This document shows, one piece after another, positions 1-9,804 of a stretch of DNA of 47,334 nt; position 1 is the stretch's first letter, and the number at the start of each line of letters is the position of its first letter. This DNA is from Nitrososphaerota archaeon. Its GTDB lineage: Archaea; Thermoproteota; Nitrososphaeria_A; Caldarchaeales; Calditenuaceae. A model generated the notes under the pieces. It saw only the letters and a program-made list of their open reading frames with translations. It was not told the origin of the DNA and did no database searches. The translations under genes and the position numbers were made by a program. Location of the stretch: positions 1-47,334 of the forward strand of contig JAVQSZ010000008.1 of NCBI GenBank assembly GCA_033581555.1, read 5' to 3'.

Positions 1-801
1 CGCGTGCCTTATCCTCACGTACTGCTCCTCCACGCCCGCGATGTAGAAGAGCTTGTCGAGGCCCAGGTCCCTCAGCGCGATCCCGAGCCTCTGGACCCTC
101 GCGACGTCGGAGTGCCTAGAGGGCGCGCCCCTGACCCTGTAGACGGAGACCCTCTCCGCGAGCTCGGCCCTCCACCCTCCCCCCTCGTTCGGGACCGAGA
201 GCCTCACGTAGTCCGCGTGCGGGTCGATGACGATCACAGTCCCACCTTGCTCTAGGAGCTCCTCCATCATCACCCCCGCGAGGTAGCTCTTCCCGGCCCC
301 GGTCTGAGCGATTATCGCCATGTGCCTCCTCAGGCCCTCCACCGAGAGCCCCACTTCCACGCTCTCCCGGGTCGCTAGCGTCCCGACTCTCAGCTTCTTC
401 CCGCGCCCCGAGTAGAGCTTGCTGAGGAGCTCGTCCGGCGCGACGTAGACCCTAGTCCCGGGGGCGATAGCGTGCCTCGGCCTCGTGCGGACGCTCTGTT
501 CCGGGCTCCTCAGGTCTCCGACGTGCGCCATCACCCTCGCCTCCCGCCAGTGCTTGCAGGTCTCGGCCATCCTCTCGACGAGCCTCGAGATCACCTCGAA
601 GTCCCTCTCCCTCGTCAGCAGGGAGCTGAAGGACGCGACGCCCCTCACCTGGGCCACGACCCATCCGTCCTCGACCCGGGCCACGACGTACTCCCACCTG
701 GGTATCGACGCGGAGGCGTTCGGGTGGACCGCGAAGACGAAGCCCGTCGGGCTGCTCTCCTCGACGACTATCCCCACCTCTCGGAGGGCGTCGGGGTCCA
801 T
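1..801 (-). CDS. herA: HerA-family DNA helicase/translocase, N-terminal part (runs off the left edge; absent from the ORF track)
   Basis: Manual translation from ATG at 801: MDPDALREVGIVVEESSPTGFVFAV...WEYVVA (HAS-barrel-like), then RHMAIIAQTGAGKSY (Walker A) and VIVIDPHADY, typical HerA motifs. Open to position 1 and directly downstream of nurA. Confidence 0.9.
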   Translation of the reverse strand, partial: MDPDALREVGIVVEESSPTGFVFAVHPNASASIPRWEYVVARVEDGWVVAQVRGVASFSSLLTRERDFEVISRLVERMAETCKHWREARVMAHVGDLRSPEQSVRTRPRHAIAPGTRVYVAPDELLSKLYSGRGKKLRVGTLATRESVEVGLSVEGLRRHMAIIAQTGAGKSYLAGVMMEELLEQGGTVIVIDPHADYVRLSVPNEGGGWRAELAERVSVYRVRGAPSRHSDVARVQRLGIALRDLGLDKLFYIAGVEEQYVRIRHA

Positions 802-846
802 GGCTTCCTGCCCCGCCGTCCCCTCGCCCGGTAAAAAGCGCTCGAT

Positions 847-2166
847 TCAGAGGAGGTCGGGTATCGGCCTCCTCGAGAGCTCTAGCACCCCGACCTCCCT
901 CTCGACGAGCTCGACGATCGCCCTCGCGTCCTCCCTCGTGATCCTGGCCCTCCTGTCGGCCTCGAAGAGGAGGGCGTTGTGGATCTCTCTGCTGACGTAC
1001 ATGGACCCGAGCTGGGAGAGCAGATCCTCCAGCCTCTTCATCACTTCCGGGTCCCTCATCGGCTCGAGCGCCGAGACTTCGAAGAACCTCTCCCCTGCTC
1101 CGAGCGAGGCCGCGGTCACGTCAACCCGGATCGGGTAGTCCCTCTCCCCGAACTTCGCGTAAGTCATCACGACCGCGCTCAACGACTTCAGCCCTTCCGC
1201 GACCTCCTGGACCCTGTCCCTCATCTCGACGGGCAGCCTGAGCCTCACCTCCGCGTAGCTGTAGGGGTCTTCATAGGCTTTCTCTATTATCTCTTTGAAC
1301 TTAGAAGAAGGTCCTAAAAGAATGGGAACCGTGTAGCCCTTGCCTTCCGCGACTCCCCGGAGGAGGTGGAGGTCCGTCAAGTTGGTCACCCACTCCTCGA
1401 CCAACGCCCTCAACCGCTCCACCACCCTCCCGTACTTCAACTCCAGGCTTTTGGCCGTACTGACCGCGCGCTGGGGCTTCTCAATCGCGATGGAGAGGAG
1501 CCCCTCAGCCCTCCCCAGGTCCTCGGCCTCGAGCAACCCAGACCTCCTGAGCCTCTCTACCTCCTCGGAGAAGAGCTCCGCGACGCACCAGTCCCTCAGG
1601 AGCGAAGTCGAGGTCGTCTTGCTCAGGGATGCCAGCCCGACCGACCTCCTCTCGCACTCGCCGATCAATCCGGTCAGCTCCGAGTAGAACTCCAAGAGCG
1701 CCTCGCCGTAGCCACTGGGGGCCCTCGCGGGCGTGATCGGCAGCGTAGAGCAGAGGCCGTAGAGGGAGCCGTCGAGGAGGAGAAGCCCACCCTTCGGGAG
1801 CCTCTCCAGCGCCCTCCTCGCTACCCTGAGCTCGAGGACCTTCATGAGGAGCCCCGCGTAGTCGGCCCTGGGCGGATAGGCCACCTCGCACCTCACCTCC
1901 CTCTCCTCTAGGCCCCTCCCGACCGCGAACGCCGTCGCGACGATCAGCGCGCCTCCGTCCCCGAGCCTGAGCCTCATCAGCCCTCCGTCGACTGCGACCG
2001 CCTCGACCCCGGAGCTCCGGCCCTCGAGCCCCGCAGGAACCCAGAGCCTCCTGGCCCTCTCCGCGATCTCCTCCGAGAGCGGCCCCCGTCTGCCCCTAAG
2101 GTCCCTCTCCAGGGAGTCCGAGTTCTCCCTCAGCCACTCCGCCAGCAGGTCAGCGACGAAGGCCAT
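847..2166 (-). CDS. nurA: NurA-family 5'-3' nuclease
   Basis: Motifs AVAVDGG, LLLDGSL, SLSKT and C-terminal HNALLFEADRRARIT; adjacent to herA. Start taken at ATG 2166 (MAFVADLL); the ORF track extends to 2202. Confidence 0.88.
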   Translation of the reverse strand: MAFVADLLAEWLRENSDSLERDLRGRRGPLSEEIAERARRLWVPAGLEGRSSGVEAVAVDGGLMRLRLGDGGALIVATAFAVGRGLEEREVRCEVAYPPRADYAGLLMKVLELRVARRALERLPKGGLLLLDGSLYGLCSTLPITPARAPSGYGEALLEFYSELTGLIGECERRSVGLASLSKTTSTSLLRDWCVAELFSEEVERLRRSGLLEAEDLGRAEGLLSIAIEKPQRAVSTAKSLELKYGRVVERLRALVEEWVTNLTDLHLLRGVAEGKGYTVPILLGPSSKFKEIIEKAYEDPYSYAEVRLRLPVEMRDRVQEVAEGLKSLSAVVMTYAKFGERDYPIRVDVTAASLGAGERFFEVSALEPMRDPEVMKRLEDLLSQLGSMYVSREIHNALLFEADRRARITREDARAIVELVEREVGVLELSRRPIPDLL

Positions 2167-2454
2167 CTCGAGGCCATCATGCTGGGCGCAGAGATAAGGC
2201 ATCGTCCGGCGGCCCCTCGCGTCGACGCCGAGCCTCAGAGCGCGGTCCGAGAATTCCAGGACTCTGGAGACGACTATTCGCAGAGGGGTGCCCTCCTGAC
2301 GCGATCCTGGTTGGGGCTCACCGGGAGCAGACGCCTAAGGACCGAGGACCTACGCCCCGCGACCGATGCTCGGAGTTCCCTCAGATCTTCTGAGCCGGTT
2401 CCGAGCTCCTCGACTTGAATCGCTGGGTTACAACCTCATCGCATTGATCTCAAC

Positions 2455-2490
2455 GAATGTACATATATTGCTTATACTAGAGGGCGTCTT
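2455..2490 (+). promoter_or_regulatory. Probable promoter (AT-rich/TATA-like) of the ABC operon
   Basis: ATGTACATATATTGCTTATAC, an AT-rich patch within ~45 nt upstream of ATG 2499 in a GC-rich background; includes the palindrome ATGTACAT. Confidence 0.45.
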
Positions 2491-2498
2491 GACCGAGG

Positions 2499-4049
2499 AT
2501 GGCGGAGAACAACTATGGGACAATTTTAGAGATTAGGGGACTGGTAAAGAGGTACCCCAACGGCGTTCTGGCTCTCGATCACGTGGACGTCGAGATGAGG
2601 AAGGGAGAGATCCACGCGATCCTCGGTGAGAACGGGGCGGGCAAGACGACGCTCATGAACATACTGTTCGGTTTGCTGCAGCCCGACGAAGGTGAGATCT
2701 ACCTCGACGGCAAGAAGGTCGTCTTCAGGTCGCCCCTCGACGCGATAAACATGGGCATCGGCATGGTCCACCAGAATAGGAAGCTGATACCCGCGCACAC
2801 CGTGTTGGAGAACATCATACTCGGGCACCCGAGGACGGGACGGCTTCTGGACAGAAAGAGGAGCAGGGCAGAGGTGGAGGAGCTGTGCAGGAGGTTCGGG
2901 TTCGACCTCGACCTCGACGCGCGGGTCTGGCAGCTCTCGGCCGGGGAGAAGCAGCTCGTTGAGATCGTCCGTGCCCTCTACAGGGGGGCCAAGATATTGA
3001 TCCTCGACGAGCCGACCTCCGTGCTCACGCCACCTGAGATCGAGAGTTTCTTAGAATCCCTGAAGGCCCTCTCGAGGGAGAAGATCACCTTGGTCCCCTT
3101 CGTGACCCACAAGCTCCCCGAAGTCTTCTCGATATGCGACAAGGTCACCATCTTAAGGAGGGGCAAGGTGGTCAAGACGCTCGACGTCAAGGAGACCACT
3201 GCCAACCAGCTCGCTGAGTACATGGTCGGCAAGGAGGTCTCCCTCTCTATAGAGAGGCAGGACTCCATGTTAGGGCAGGTGGTCCTGAGGGTCGAGAATC
3301 TCTCCGCGATGAACGACAAGGGGCTAATGGCCTTCAGCGGCGTCACCTTCTCACTGCGCGAGGGCGAGATTTTCGGCATAGCGGGCGTCAGCGGGAACGG
3401 ACAGCACGAGCTGGCGGAGACCATCTTCGGCCTGAGGAGGCCCCTCTCCGGCAGGATCCTCTACAACGGTCGCGACATCACTAAGTCCTCGGTTCTCGAG
3501 CGGCTACGGATGGGGATCGCCTACATTCCGCCAGAGCGGCTGGGGGTCGCTGCGATCGGCGAACTGAGCCTCGTCGACAACGTGCTGCTCGCGTACTATT
3601 TCGAGGGCGCGGCGTCGAGGAACGGGTTCGTCAACTACAAGCTCGTAAAGGGTCTGACGGAACGGATCATCTCCGAGTACGGCATCGTCGCCCTCGGGCC
3701 CGCGGCTAAGGCATCGCACTTGTCGGGCGGAAACCTGCAGAGGCTCATCCTCGGCCGCGTCCTCTCCAGGAACCCGAAGATCGTCATCGCAAATCTCCCG
3801 ACGCAGGGGCTCGACGTGGCAGCCGCCCAGTACGTGAGGAGGAAGCTGATGGAGTGCAAGCAGCGCAGAGCCAGCGTGATCCTGATCTCGGAGGACCTCG
3901 ACGAGATATTGCAACTCAGTGACAGAGTAGCTCCCATCTACGAGGGGCGTTTCGTTGACGTCCTCGAGAACGCGGCCCTCCGTAAGGAGGAGGTCGGTGC
4001 GATGATAGCTGGCGCCTACGCCGGGAGGGGGACGGGCCTTGCTCGGTGA
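2499..4049 (+). CDS. ABC transporter ATP-binding protein with tandem ABC domains (CUT2, nucleoside/sugar type)
   Basis: Walker A GENGAGKTT, LSAGEKQ, LILDEPT; degenerate second domain GVSGNGQ / LSGGNLQR / ISEDLDE. Confidence 0.95.
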   Translation: MAENNYGTILEIRGLVKRYPNGVLALDHVDVEMRKGEIHAILGENGAGKTTLMNILFGLLQPDEGEIYLDGKKVVFRSPLDAINMGIGMVHQNRKLIPAHTVLENIILGHPRTGRLLDRKRSRAEVEELCRRFGFDLDLDARVWQLSAGEKQLVEIVRALYRGAKILILDEPTSVLTPPEIESFLESLKALSREKITLVPFVTHKLPEVFSICDKVTILRRGKVVKTLDVKETTANQLAEYMVGKEVSLSIERQDSMLGQVVLRVENLSAMNDKGLMAFSGVTFSLREGEIFGIAGVSGNGQHELAETIFGLRRPLSGRILYNGRDITKSSVLERLRMGIAYIPPERLGVAAIGELSLVDNVLLAYYFEGAASRNGFVNYKLVKGLTERIISEYGIVALGPAAKASHLSGGNLQRLILGRVLSRNPKIVIANLPTQGLDVAAAQYVRRKLMECKQRRASVILISEDLDEILQLSDRVAPIYEGRFVDVLENAALRKEEVGAMIAGAYAGRGTGLAR

Positions 4050-5121
4050 GGCCCACTTCAGGATCAAGCTGGAGAGGCTCCCAACCGTATCAGGTTGGAG
4101 GGCCGTCAGGGTATCGTTTTACTCGATAGCGTTGTCGTTCCTTCTGTTCAGCAGCGTGTTGATGTATGAAGGTTCCGATCCGCTCGTGGCTTATCAGAAC
4201 ATGTTCTCGTTCGCCTTCGATCCCAAGTTGGGACTTCCGCTGACCATTCATAGGTCCATGCTGATCCTCTTGTGTACCCTCGCGTTCATCGTCCCGTTGA
4301 GGGCGGGGCTCTGGAACGTCGGGATGGAGGGGCAGTTCTATCTCGGGACCATCGGAGCCTTCTTCTTTGCTTACACCTTCTCGACCTATCCCTCGGAGAT
4401 TCTGATACCCCTCATGATCTTGGGGGCGACGGGCGGAGGGGCGCTTTACGGGGCCATCGCGGGGTTCTTACGCGGTCGGTACAACGTCAACGAGGTGGTG
4501 GTGTTACTCATGCTCAACAACATAGCGTTCTGGATCGTGTACATGCTGGTGGTCGGCGGTCCGTGGGCGGGGATCGCTGAGTCGTCGAGCAGGCCGTTGC
4601 CCAAGTCTGCCCAGGCCCCGTTCATCTCCATAACGCCCTTCACGAGTTACCTCATCGTTGCCCTCGCGGTGCTCGTCTTCCTCCTCCTCACCAGGACGAC
4701 CTTCGGCTTCAAGCTCCGGGTCCTAGGACACAGCCCCGTGGCCGCGAAGATCGCCGGCATAGAGGAGTTCAAGATCTCTGTCCTCGTGATGAGCGCAGGG
4801 GGTGCTCTAGCTGGTCTAGCTGGCTACCACATGTGGGCGGGTGATCCGGCGTATTATATGATCCCGCGACCGGAGGCATACAAGGCGATAGGCGACCTGA
4901 CCTACTGGGGCATAATAATCGGGCTGGTCTGTCTGCTCAACCCCATTCCCGCAATACCGGCTTCCCTTTTCATGGGCTCTGTCATAGTCGGCTCGACCGT
5001 GCTGGTGAGGAGGCTACGGCTGCCCTTCGGGCTGGACTTCCTGCTGCTTGGGATCATCTCGATAACCTTCGCCGCCTTCCAGCTGTTCTACAACTATAGG
5101 ATCCGGGTGGTCAGGAGATGA
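4039..5121 (+). CDS. ABC transporter permease (BPD_transp_2, nucleoside-type)
   Basis: Multi-TM protein with GLWNVGMEGQFYLG and TTFGFKLRVLGHSPVAAKIAGI; overlaps the ATPase stop. Confidence 0.93.
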   Translation: MLGEAHFRIKLERLPTVSGWRAVRVSFYSIALSFLLFSSVLMYEGSDPLVAYQNMFSFAFDPKLGLPLTIHRSMLILLCTLAFIVPLRAGLWNVGMEGQFYLGTIGAFFFAYTFSTYPSEILIPLMILGATGGGALYGAIAGFLRGRYNVNEVVVLLMLNNIAFWIVYMLVVGGPWAGIAESSSRPLPKSAQAPFISITPFTSYLIVALAVLVFLLLTRTTFGFKLRVLGHSPVAAKIAGIEEFKISVLVMSAGGALAGLAGYHMWAGDPAYYMIPRPEAYKAIGDLTYWGIIIGLVCLLNPIPAIPASLFMGSVIVGSTVLVRRLRLPFGLDFLLLGIISITFAAFQLFYNYRIRVVRR

Positions 5122-6011
5122 TCGAGTTACCTCCTTCGCTCTGGCCCTTCACCACCAGGTTCTTAGAGGTCTCCTCGATCCTGCTCCTCGCGGCCGCCGG
5201 CGAGCTCCTCGCTCAGCGATCGGGCGTGATGAACGTAGGCATCGAGGGCCTCATGCTGTTCGGCGCCGCGACGTCGTTCATGACCGCCCAGCTCTTCGGT
5301 CCGCTCGCAGGGTTCATCGCGGGCTCGCTCGTGGGCGCCCTCCTAGGGCTCTTTCACGCCGTGATGTCGGTCTCGCTGAGGGTCAACCAGATCATCAGCG
5401 GAATGGGGGTCTGGCTGTTCGCGATGGGGTTCGTGACTTACTGGGCTGACAGGTATACCGGTCCTCTCCGGGCGTCGGTCCCGCGCATAGCCGGATTGAC
5501 CCCTGCCCTATTCATCGCGATCGCCGTGATTTTCACGATCTGGTTCGTGTTGAACAAGACGCACTTCGGCCTGAAAATACGGTCCGTGGGGGAGAACCCG
5601 GCAGCCGCCGAGGTCTCCGGTGTGAACGTCAGTAGGGTGAGGTATTTCTGCACGGTAGTCGGCGGCATGCTGGGCGGCCTTGCAGGATCGGTCCTGCTCC
5701 TCTCTTACCTCGGAGCCTGGAGTCATCTACCTACGAAAGGGCTCGGGTGGTTGGCGTTCGGGCTGGTCATGTTCTCGCTCTGGAGGCCTGGAATCCTGCT
5801 GGCTGGGGCGCTCGCCTTCGGCTTTGTCTGGCAGTTCGCGATCTCGCCAGAGTCCGTCTTCCCCGGATTCCCTGCTCCCCTGCCGGTCAACAGGATGCTC
5901 CCGTTCCTAATGACAGTCGTTATACTCACGATAATCTCGACTGAGCGTTTCAGGAGGAAATGGGCTCTGCTGAAACCAGAGGCGCTCGGACAGCCTTACA
6001 TAAAAGAGTGA
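5118..6011 (+). CDS. ABC transporter permease (second subunit)
   Basis: GELLAQRSGVMNVGIEGLML and GLKIRSVGENPAAAEVSGVNV; ATGA overlap with the upstream permease. Confidence 0.93.
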   Translation: MIELPPSLWPFTTRFLEVSSILLLAAAGELLAQRSGVMNVGIEGLMLFGAATSFMTAQLFGPLAGFIAGSLVGALLGLFHAVMSVSLRVNQIISGMGVWLFAMGFVTYWADRYTGPLRASVPRIAGLTPALFIAIAVIFTIWFVLNKTHFGLKIRSVGENPAAAEVSGVNVSRVRYFCTVVGGMLGGLAGSVLLLSYLGAWSHLPTKGLGWLAFGLVMFSLWRPGILLAGALAFGFVWQFAISPESVFPGFPAPLPVNRMLPFLMTVVILTIISTERFRRKWALLKPEALGQPYIKE

Positions 6012-6037
6012 CGAGTTCGAACGTATAAGACCGCGCT

Positions 6038-7384
6038 TTACTTCAGCAACACTATTCCGTCGAGCATGAAGTTGAACCTGCCTAGGAGCCACTCGTCGGT
6101 CGGCATCTCCTTCGCGGGCTTCACCACGGTCCCCTTCGGAGGCACCTTCAGGTTGAGCTCCGGTATCTCGATGCCCTCGCCGCTGCTGACCAGCTCGTGC
6201 TCGTAGAACGGGTCCCAGGCTCCGCTCATCATCTGAGCCCTCCTGAGCTCGATGAGCTTCAGGACCCTCTCGGGGATGAGAGGTCTGGCCCGCGGGCTGA
6301 TCGCCTCGAGTCCCACCTTCATGTTGTTCTGCAGGTCGATCGCCAGCAACCTGGTCTGGCCCGGCATGATAGGGTTGTTCTCCGGGAGCGAGATGTGCGT
6401 GTTCATGCCGAGGAAGTAGATCCTGTCGGGGTTGGTAGTGCCCGCGAGGTACTCCTTCAGGATCCGGTCGAAGAGGACCTCCCACCTGGTGTCGAAGGAC
6501 ACGGCCACGGTGTCGGTGGTGGACCACTTGTAAAGCCCCACTATGTCCATGTCCTTCCCTACGAACCAGATCTTTTTCTCCTCCGCGACCCTGAGGGGCT
6601 CGACCGAGTCCGTGTAGTGGGTCAGGACGTCTACTCCGGCGTCCACCAGCGAGAGCGATACCTCCTTCTCCTTGGGCGGATCGAACCACTCGCCGACGTA
6701 CTTGATGTACAGCGTCGCGTTGGGGTTCGCGTCCTTTATCCCCAGGTAGAACGCGGCCATCCTCCTGAAGTTCTGCACGGCCGCCGGCCCCACCGCTATC
6801 CCGATCCTGTTCCTGCGCGTTATGGCGCCCGCGATCAGGCCCTCGAGGTACATCGCCTGGTACTGTCTGATGAAAACCCTCATGAAGTTCCTTCTCGAGG
6901 AGACGTCGCTCCCGACGATGCCGAGGAAGTAGACGTTGGGGTTTTCGTCGGCTATCCTGTGGAACGCGGGGACTGCTGCGGGTTCCCAGCTCCCGAAGAT
7001 CACGTTGGCCTTGCTGACGGTGATCAGGTCCCTAGCCGCCGATATCGGGTCCTTGCCCTTCAGGATAACGCCCTCGTCGTATACGTAGTCGAACCAGGGG
7101 TAGAGCTTCTTCAACCTCTCCGCGGCCATCACCTGGCGCCCGTCCCACGTCGAGCCCTCGACGTATCCCCCCAGGACCATCCCAAGGACGACCTTCCTGC
7201 CCGCCGGGGCCTCGCGGGCCACTGTCGTCGTGAAGGTCCTCGTCTCGGTCACCGTCCTTGCAGGAGCCGCAGAGCCTCCAGCGAAGTACCCCGCGACAGC
7301 TCCCACAACTCCCGCTCCAACAGCGGTCGCCGCGACCTTTCCAGCCGTAGTTATGGCCTCCCTTCTGGTTACCTTTCTATTCAC
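6038..7384 (-). CDS. BMP-family ABC substrate-binding protein with twin-arginine signal
   Basis: N-terminal VTRREAI plus hydrophobic helix, Thr-rich linker TVTETRTFTTTV, BMP-like motifs YLEGLIAG, AFYLGIKDANP and YVGEWFDPPKEKE. Confidence 0.88.
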   Translation of the reverse strand: MNRKVTRREAITTAGKVAATAVGAGVVGAVAGYFAGGSAAPARTVTETRTFTTTVAREAPAGRKVVLGMVLGGYVEGSTWDGRQVMAAERLKKLYPWFDYVYDEGVILKGKDPISAARDLITVSKANVIFGSWEPAAVPAFHRIADENPNVYFLGIVGSDVSSRRNFMRVFIRQYQAMYLEGLIAGAITRRNRIGIAVGPAAVQNFRRMAAFYLGIKDANPNATLYIKYVGEWFDPPKEKEVSLSLVDAGVDVLTHYTDSVEPLRVAEEKKIWFVGKDMDIVGLYKWSTTDTVAVSFDTRWEVLFDRILKEYLAGTTNPDRIYFLGMNTHISLPENNPIMPGQTRLLAIDLQNNMKVGLEAISPRARPLIPERVLKLIELRRAQMMSGAWDPFYEHELVSSGEGIEIPELNLKVPPKGTVVKPAKEMPTDEWLLGRFNFMLDGIVLLK

Positions 7385-7427
7385 GTGGGCTGCTTTGCGA
7401 CGGTTTTATTTAACCTTTTTACACTAA

Positions 7428-9752
7428 CTAATATCTTCGTCGATTAATAAATTCATAGAGCTTGTGGGGTTGCAGCGGGCTCTCGAGGGGGACGACGGCG
7501 TTGTCGAAGGCGTCCTGCACGGCTGAAGCGATGACCGCAGCTACCGGAATCGCCCCGGCCTCTCCAACGCCCTTCACGCCCAGCGGGTTGAGGGGGGACG
7601 GCGTCTCGATGTGTTTTATGGTTACCTCGGTCGGAGTCTCCAAAGCGGACGGAACGAGGTAATCGGCGAAGCTCGCGGTCAGAGGCTGACCGTTCTCGTC
7701 GTGCACGATCTCCTCGAGCAAGGAGAACCCCAGCCCGTTCGATAGACCTCCGAGGATCTGGCCTTCTACTATCACCGGATTTATGACTTTTCCACAGTCG
7801 TGGACGACTACCATCCTCAATATCTTAACGGCGCCCGTCTCTGGGTCTACCTCCACCTCCGCTGCGGCCCCTCCAGAGGAGAACACCGAGTGGACCGGGC
7901 TGAAGTACTTGGTGGCCTCGAGCCCCGGCTCCCGCTTTATCAGGCCTCTCAGGGGGCGAGAGCGCTCAGCGAGCTCACCAAGGCTAACGGACTTGTCAGG
8001 CACCCCCTTGACGTACACTCGTCCGCCCTCGAACTCCAAATCGTCGGGGCTGGTCTCGAAGATCTGCGCAGCCAGCTCTGCAGCCTTCCTCCTGACCTCC
8101 AGCGCCGCCAGGTAGACCGCGTTCCCGGCCACGGTGGCCGACCTGCTGGCGAACGTCCCAATCCCCCATGACATTTGGGCCGTGTCCCCGACGCTCACGT
8201 CCACGTCGTGCACGTCCACTCCCAGGACCTCTGAGACGATCTGAGCAAAGGTCGTGAACTGACCTTGACCCTGGGTCCCGACGCCAGTCGTGACGCTCAC
8301 CTTGCCCGACGGCGTCACCGTCACCCTTGCCATCTCGTAAGGACCTACCCCACTCCCCTCGACGTAAAGGGCTAGTCCGAGACCGACGAACCTGCCCTCC
8401 CTCCTGTACCTCTCCTTCCGCTCTGGCCATCTCCCGTAGTCTATCGTGTCGAGGAGCGTCTCGAGGAGGAGCGGGTAGTCGCCGCTGTCATACTTAACCG
8501 GCCCGCCGTCCTGATAGATTATGCCCGTGTCGTACGGGAACTCGTCGGGTTGAATGAGGTTCCGCCTCCTTACTTCAGCCCTGTCGAGTCCAAGCCTGTG
8601 TGCAGCTATGTCCATTATCCTCTCCATCACGTAAACGGCCTCCGGCCTTCCGGCACCTCTGACCGGACTTACGACGGTCTTGTTCGTGTAGACCGACGCG
8701 AACTCTACGTCGAACGCCGGAATTTTGTAAGGCCCTGGCATAGTCCCAGTCGTGATGATGGGCACCATTATCCCGTAAGGCGTGTACGCTCCCGTATCGA
8801 CTAGGAAACTGTCGCTCAGTCCCAGTATCTTCCCGTCCCTGCTAAAGGCCGCCTTCACGTAGTGAACCTGTATCCTCTGCTGGTTGGCCGCCATCATGTT
8901 CTCCCTTCTATCCTCTATCCACTTGACGGGACGGCCCAGCCTGATCGCTGCGAAGGGAACGAGGATCTCCTCGGGATAGAACAGCATTATCTTCGGACCG
9001 AACCCGCCGCCCACGTCTGGGGCTATCACCCTCACCCGATTCTCGGGGATTCCGAACAGCTTTGCAAGCCCGTTCCGGATCGGTATGGGAGCCTGAGTGG
9101 AGTCCCAGACCGTCAACGTGTCCGACCTCTCATCGTGGTAAGCCACCACGCCCCTGGTCTCTATGGACGCCCCCGCGCCCCTGTTGAAGACGATCCGCTG
9201 CTCTATCACGAGGTCTGCGCGCCTGAAGGCCTCGGAGACGTCTCCGACCCTCACCCTGTGACGGGCCGCTATGTTGTTGGGAACGTCGTCGTGAACCAGC
9301 GGAGACCCGGGCTGAATCGCCCTCTCAACGTCGACGACGGGTTCCAGCGGATCGTACTCCACGGATATCAGCTCCAGCGCGTCCCTCGCGATGTACCTGT
9401 CCTCGGCGACGACCATCGCGACCGGTTCCCCCACGTAACGCACCTTGTGCTTCGCCAGCGCGTAATGAGTCCTCATGTAAGGGATAGGATATTGGGGCAA
9501 TGGAGTGATCGAGGGGGGAAGAGGCCCGTTCAGGGCCCCCAAGTCCTCGGCCGTATAGACGGCCACCACCCCGTTCAGCCTCTCGGCCCCCGACTTGTCG
9601 ATCGATATTATCCTCGCGTGAGCGTGGGGACTCCTCAGGATCGCGGCGTAAAGCATCCGAGGGAGGACCACGTCATCAACGAACAGGCCCTTCCCCATTA
9701 GGAGCCTCCTGTCCTCCAATCTGGGCACGGAGGCTCCTATTACATTCCTCAT
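7428..9752 (-). CDS. Xanthine dehydrogenase/CoxL(form II)-like molybdopterin-binding large subunit
   Basis: RSPHAHARI, DVGGGFGPK, active-site loop PVRGAGRPEA, GTFASRS, DCGKVINP, GVKGVGEAG; lacks the AYRCSFR motif of form I CO dehydrogenase. Confidence 0.93.
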   Translation of the reverse strand: MRNVIGASVPRLEDRRLLMGKGLFVDDVVLPRMLYAAILRSPHAHARIISIDKSGAERLNGVVAVYTAEDLGALNGPLPPSITPLPQYPIPYMRTHYALAKHKVRYVGEPVAMVVAEDRYIARDALELISVEYDPLEPVVDVERAIQPGSPLVHDDVPNNIAARHRVRVGDVSEAFRRADLVIEQRIVFNRGAGASIETRGVVAYHDERSDTLTVWDSTQAPIPIRNGLAKLFGIPENRVRVIAPDVGGGFGPKIMLFYPEEILVPFAAIRLGRPVKWIEDRRENMMAANQQRIQVHYVKAAFSRDGKILGLSDSFLVDTGAYTPYGIMVPIITTGTMPGPYKIPAFDVEFASVYTNKTVVSPVRGAGRPEAVYVMERIMDIAAHRLGLDRAEVRRRNLIQPDEFPYDTGIIYQDGGPVKYDSGDYPLLLETLLDTIDYGRWPERKERYRREGRFVGLGLALYVEGSGVGPYEMARVTVTPSGKVSVTTGVGTQGQGQFTTFAQIVSEVLGVDVHDVDVSVGDTAQMSWGIGTFASRSATVAGNAVYLAALEVRRKAAELAAQIFETSPDDLEFEGGRVYVKGVPDKSVSLGELAERSRPLRGLIKREPGLEATKYFSPVHSVFSSGGAAAEVEVDPETGAVKILRMVVVHDCGKVINPVIVEGQILGGLSNGLGFSLLEEIVHDENGQPLTASFADYLVPSALETPTEVTIKHIETPSPLNPLGVKGVGEAGAIPVAAVIASAVQDAFDNAVVPLESPLQPHKLYEFINRRRY

Positions 9753-9769
9753 ACGACGCCAGCTGCTGA

Positions 9770-9803
9770 TCCTTTTATTTATGTTTATTTTCTGATATAA
9801 TAG
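9770..9803. promoter_or_regulatory. AT-rich divergent promoter region (Mo subunit / DUF2877)
   Basis: CTTTTATTTATGTTTATTTTCTGATATAATAG lies between two divergent genes. Confidence 0.55.
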
Positions 9804-9804
9804 C

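Noticed and set aside
2179-2418. 79-aa ORF in the gap between nurA and the ABC operon
   Set aside because: No motif, atypical composition and no clear start signals; treated as non-coding.
7428-9752. Aerobic CO dehydrogenase (form I CoxL)
   Set aside because: It lacks the Cu-binding AYRCSFR motif, and no cox accessory genes are present.
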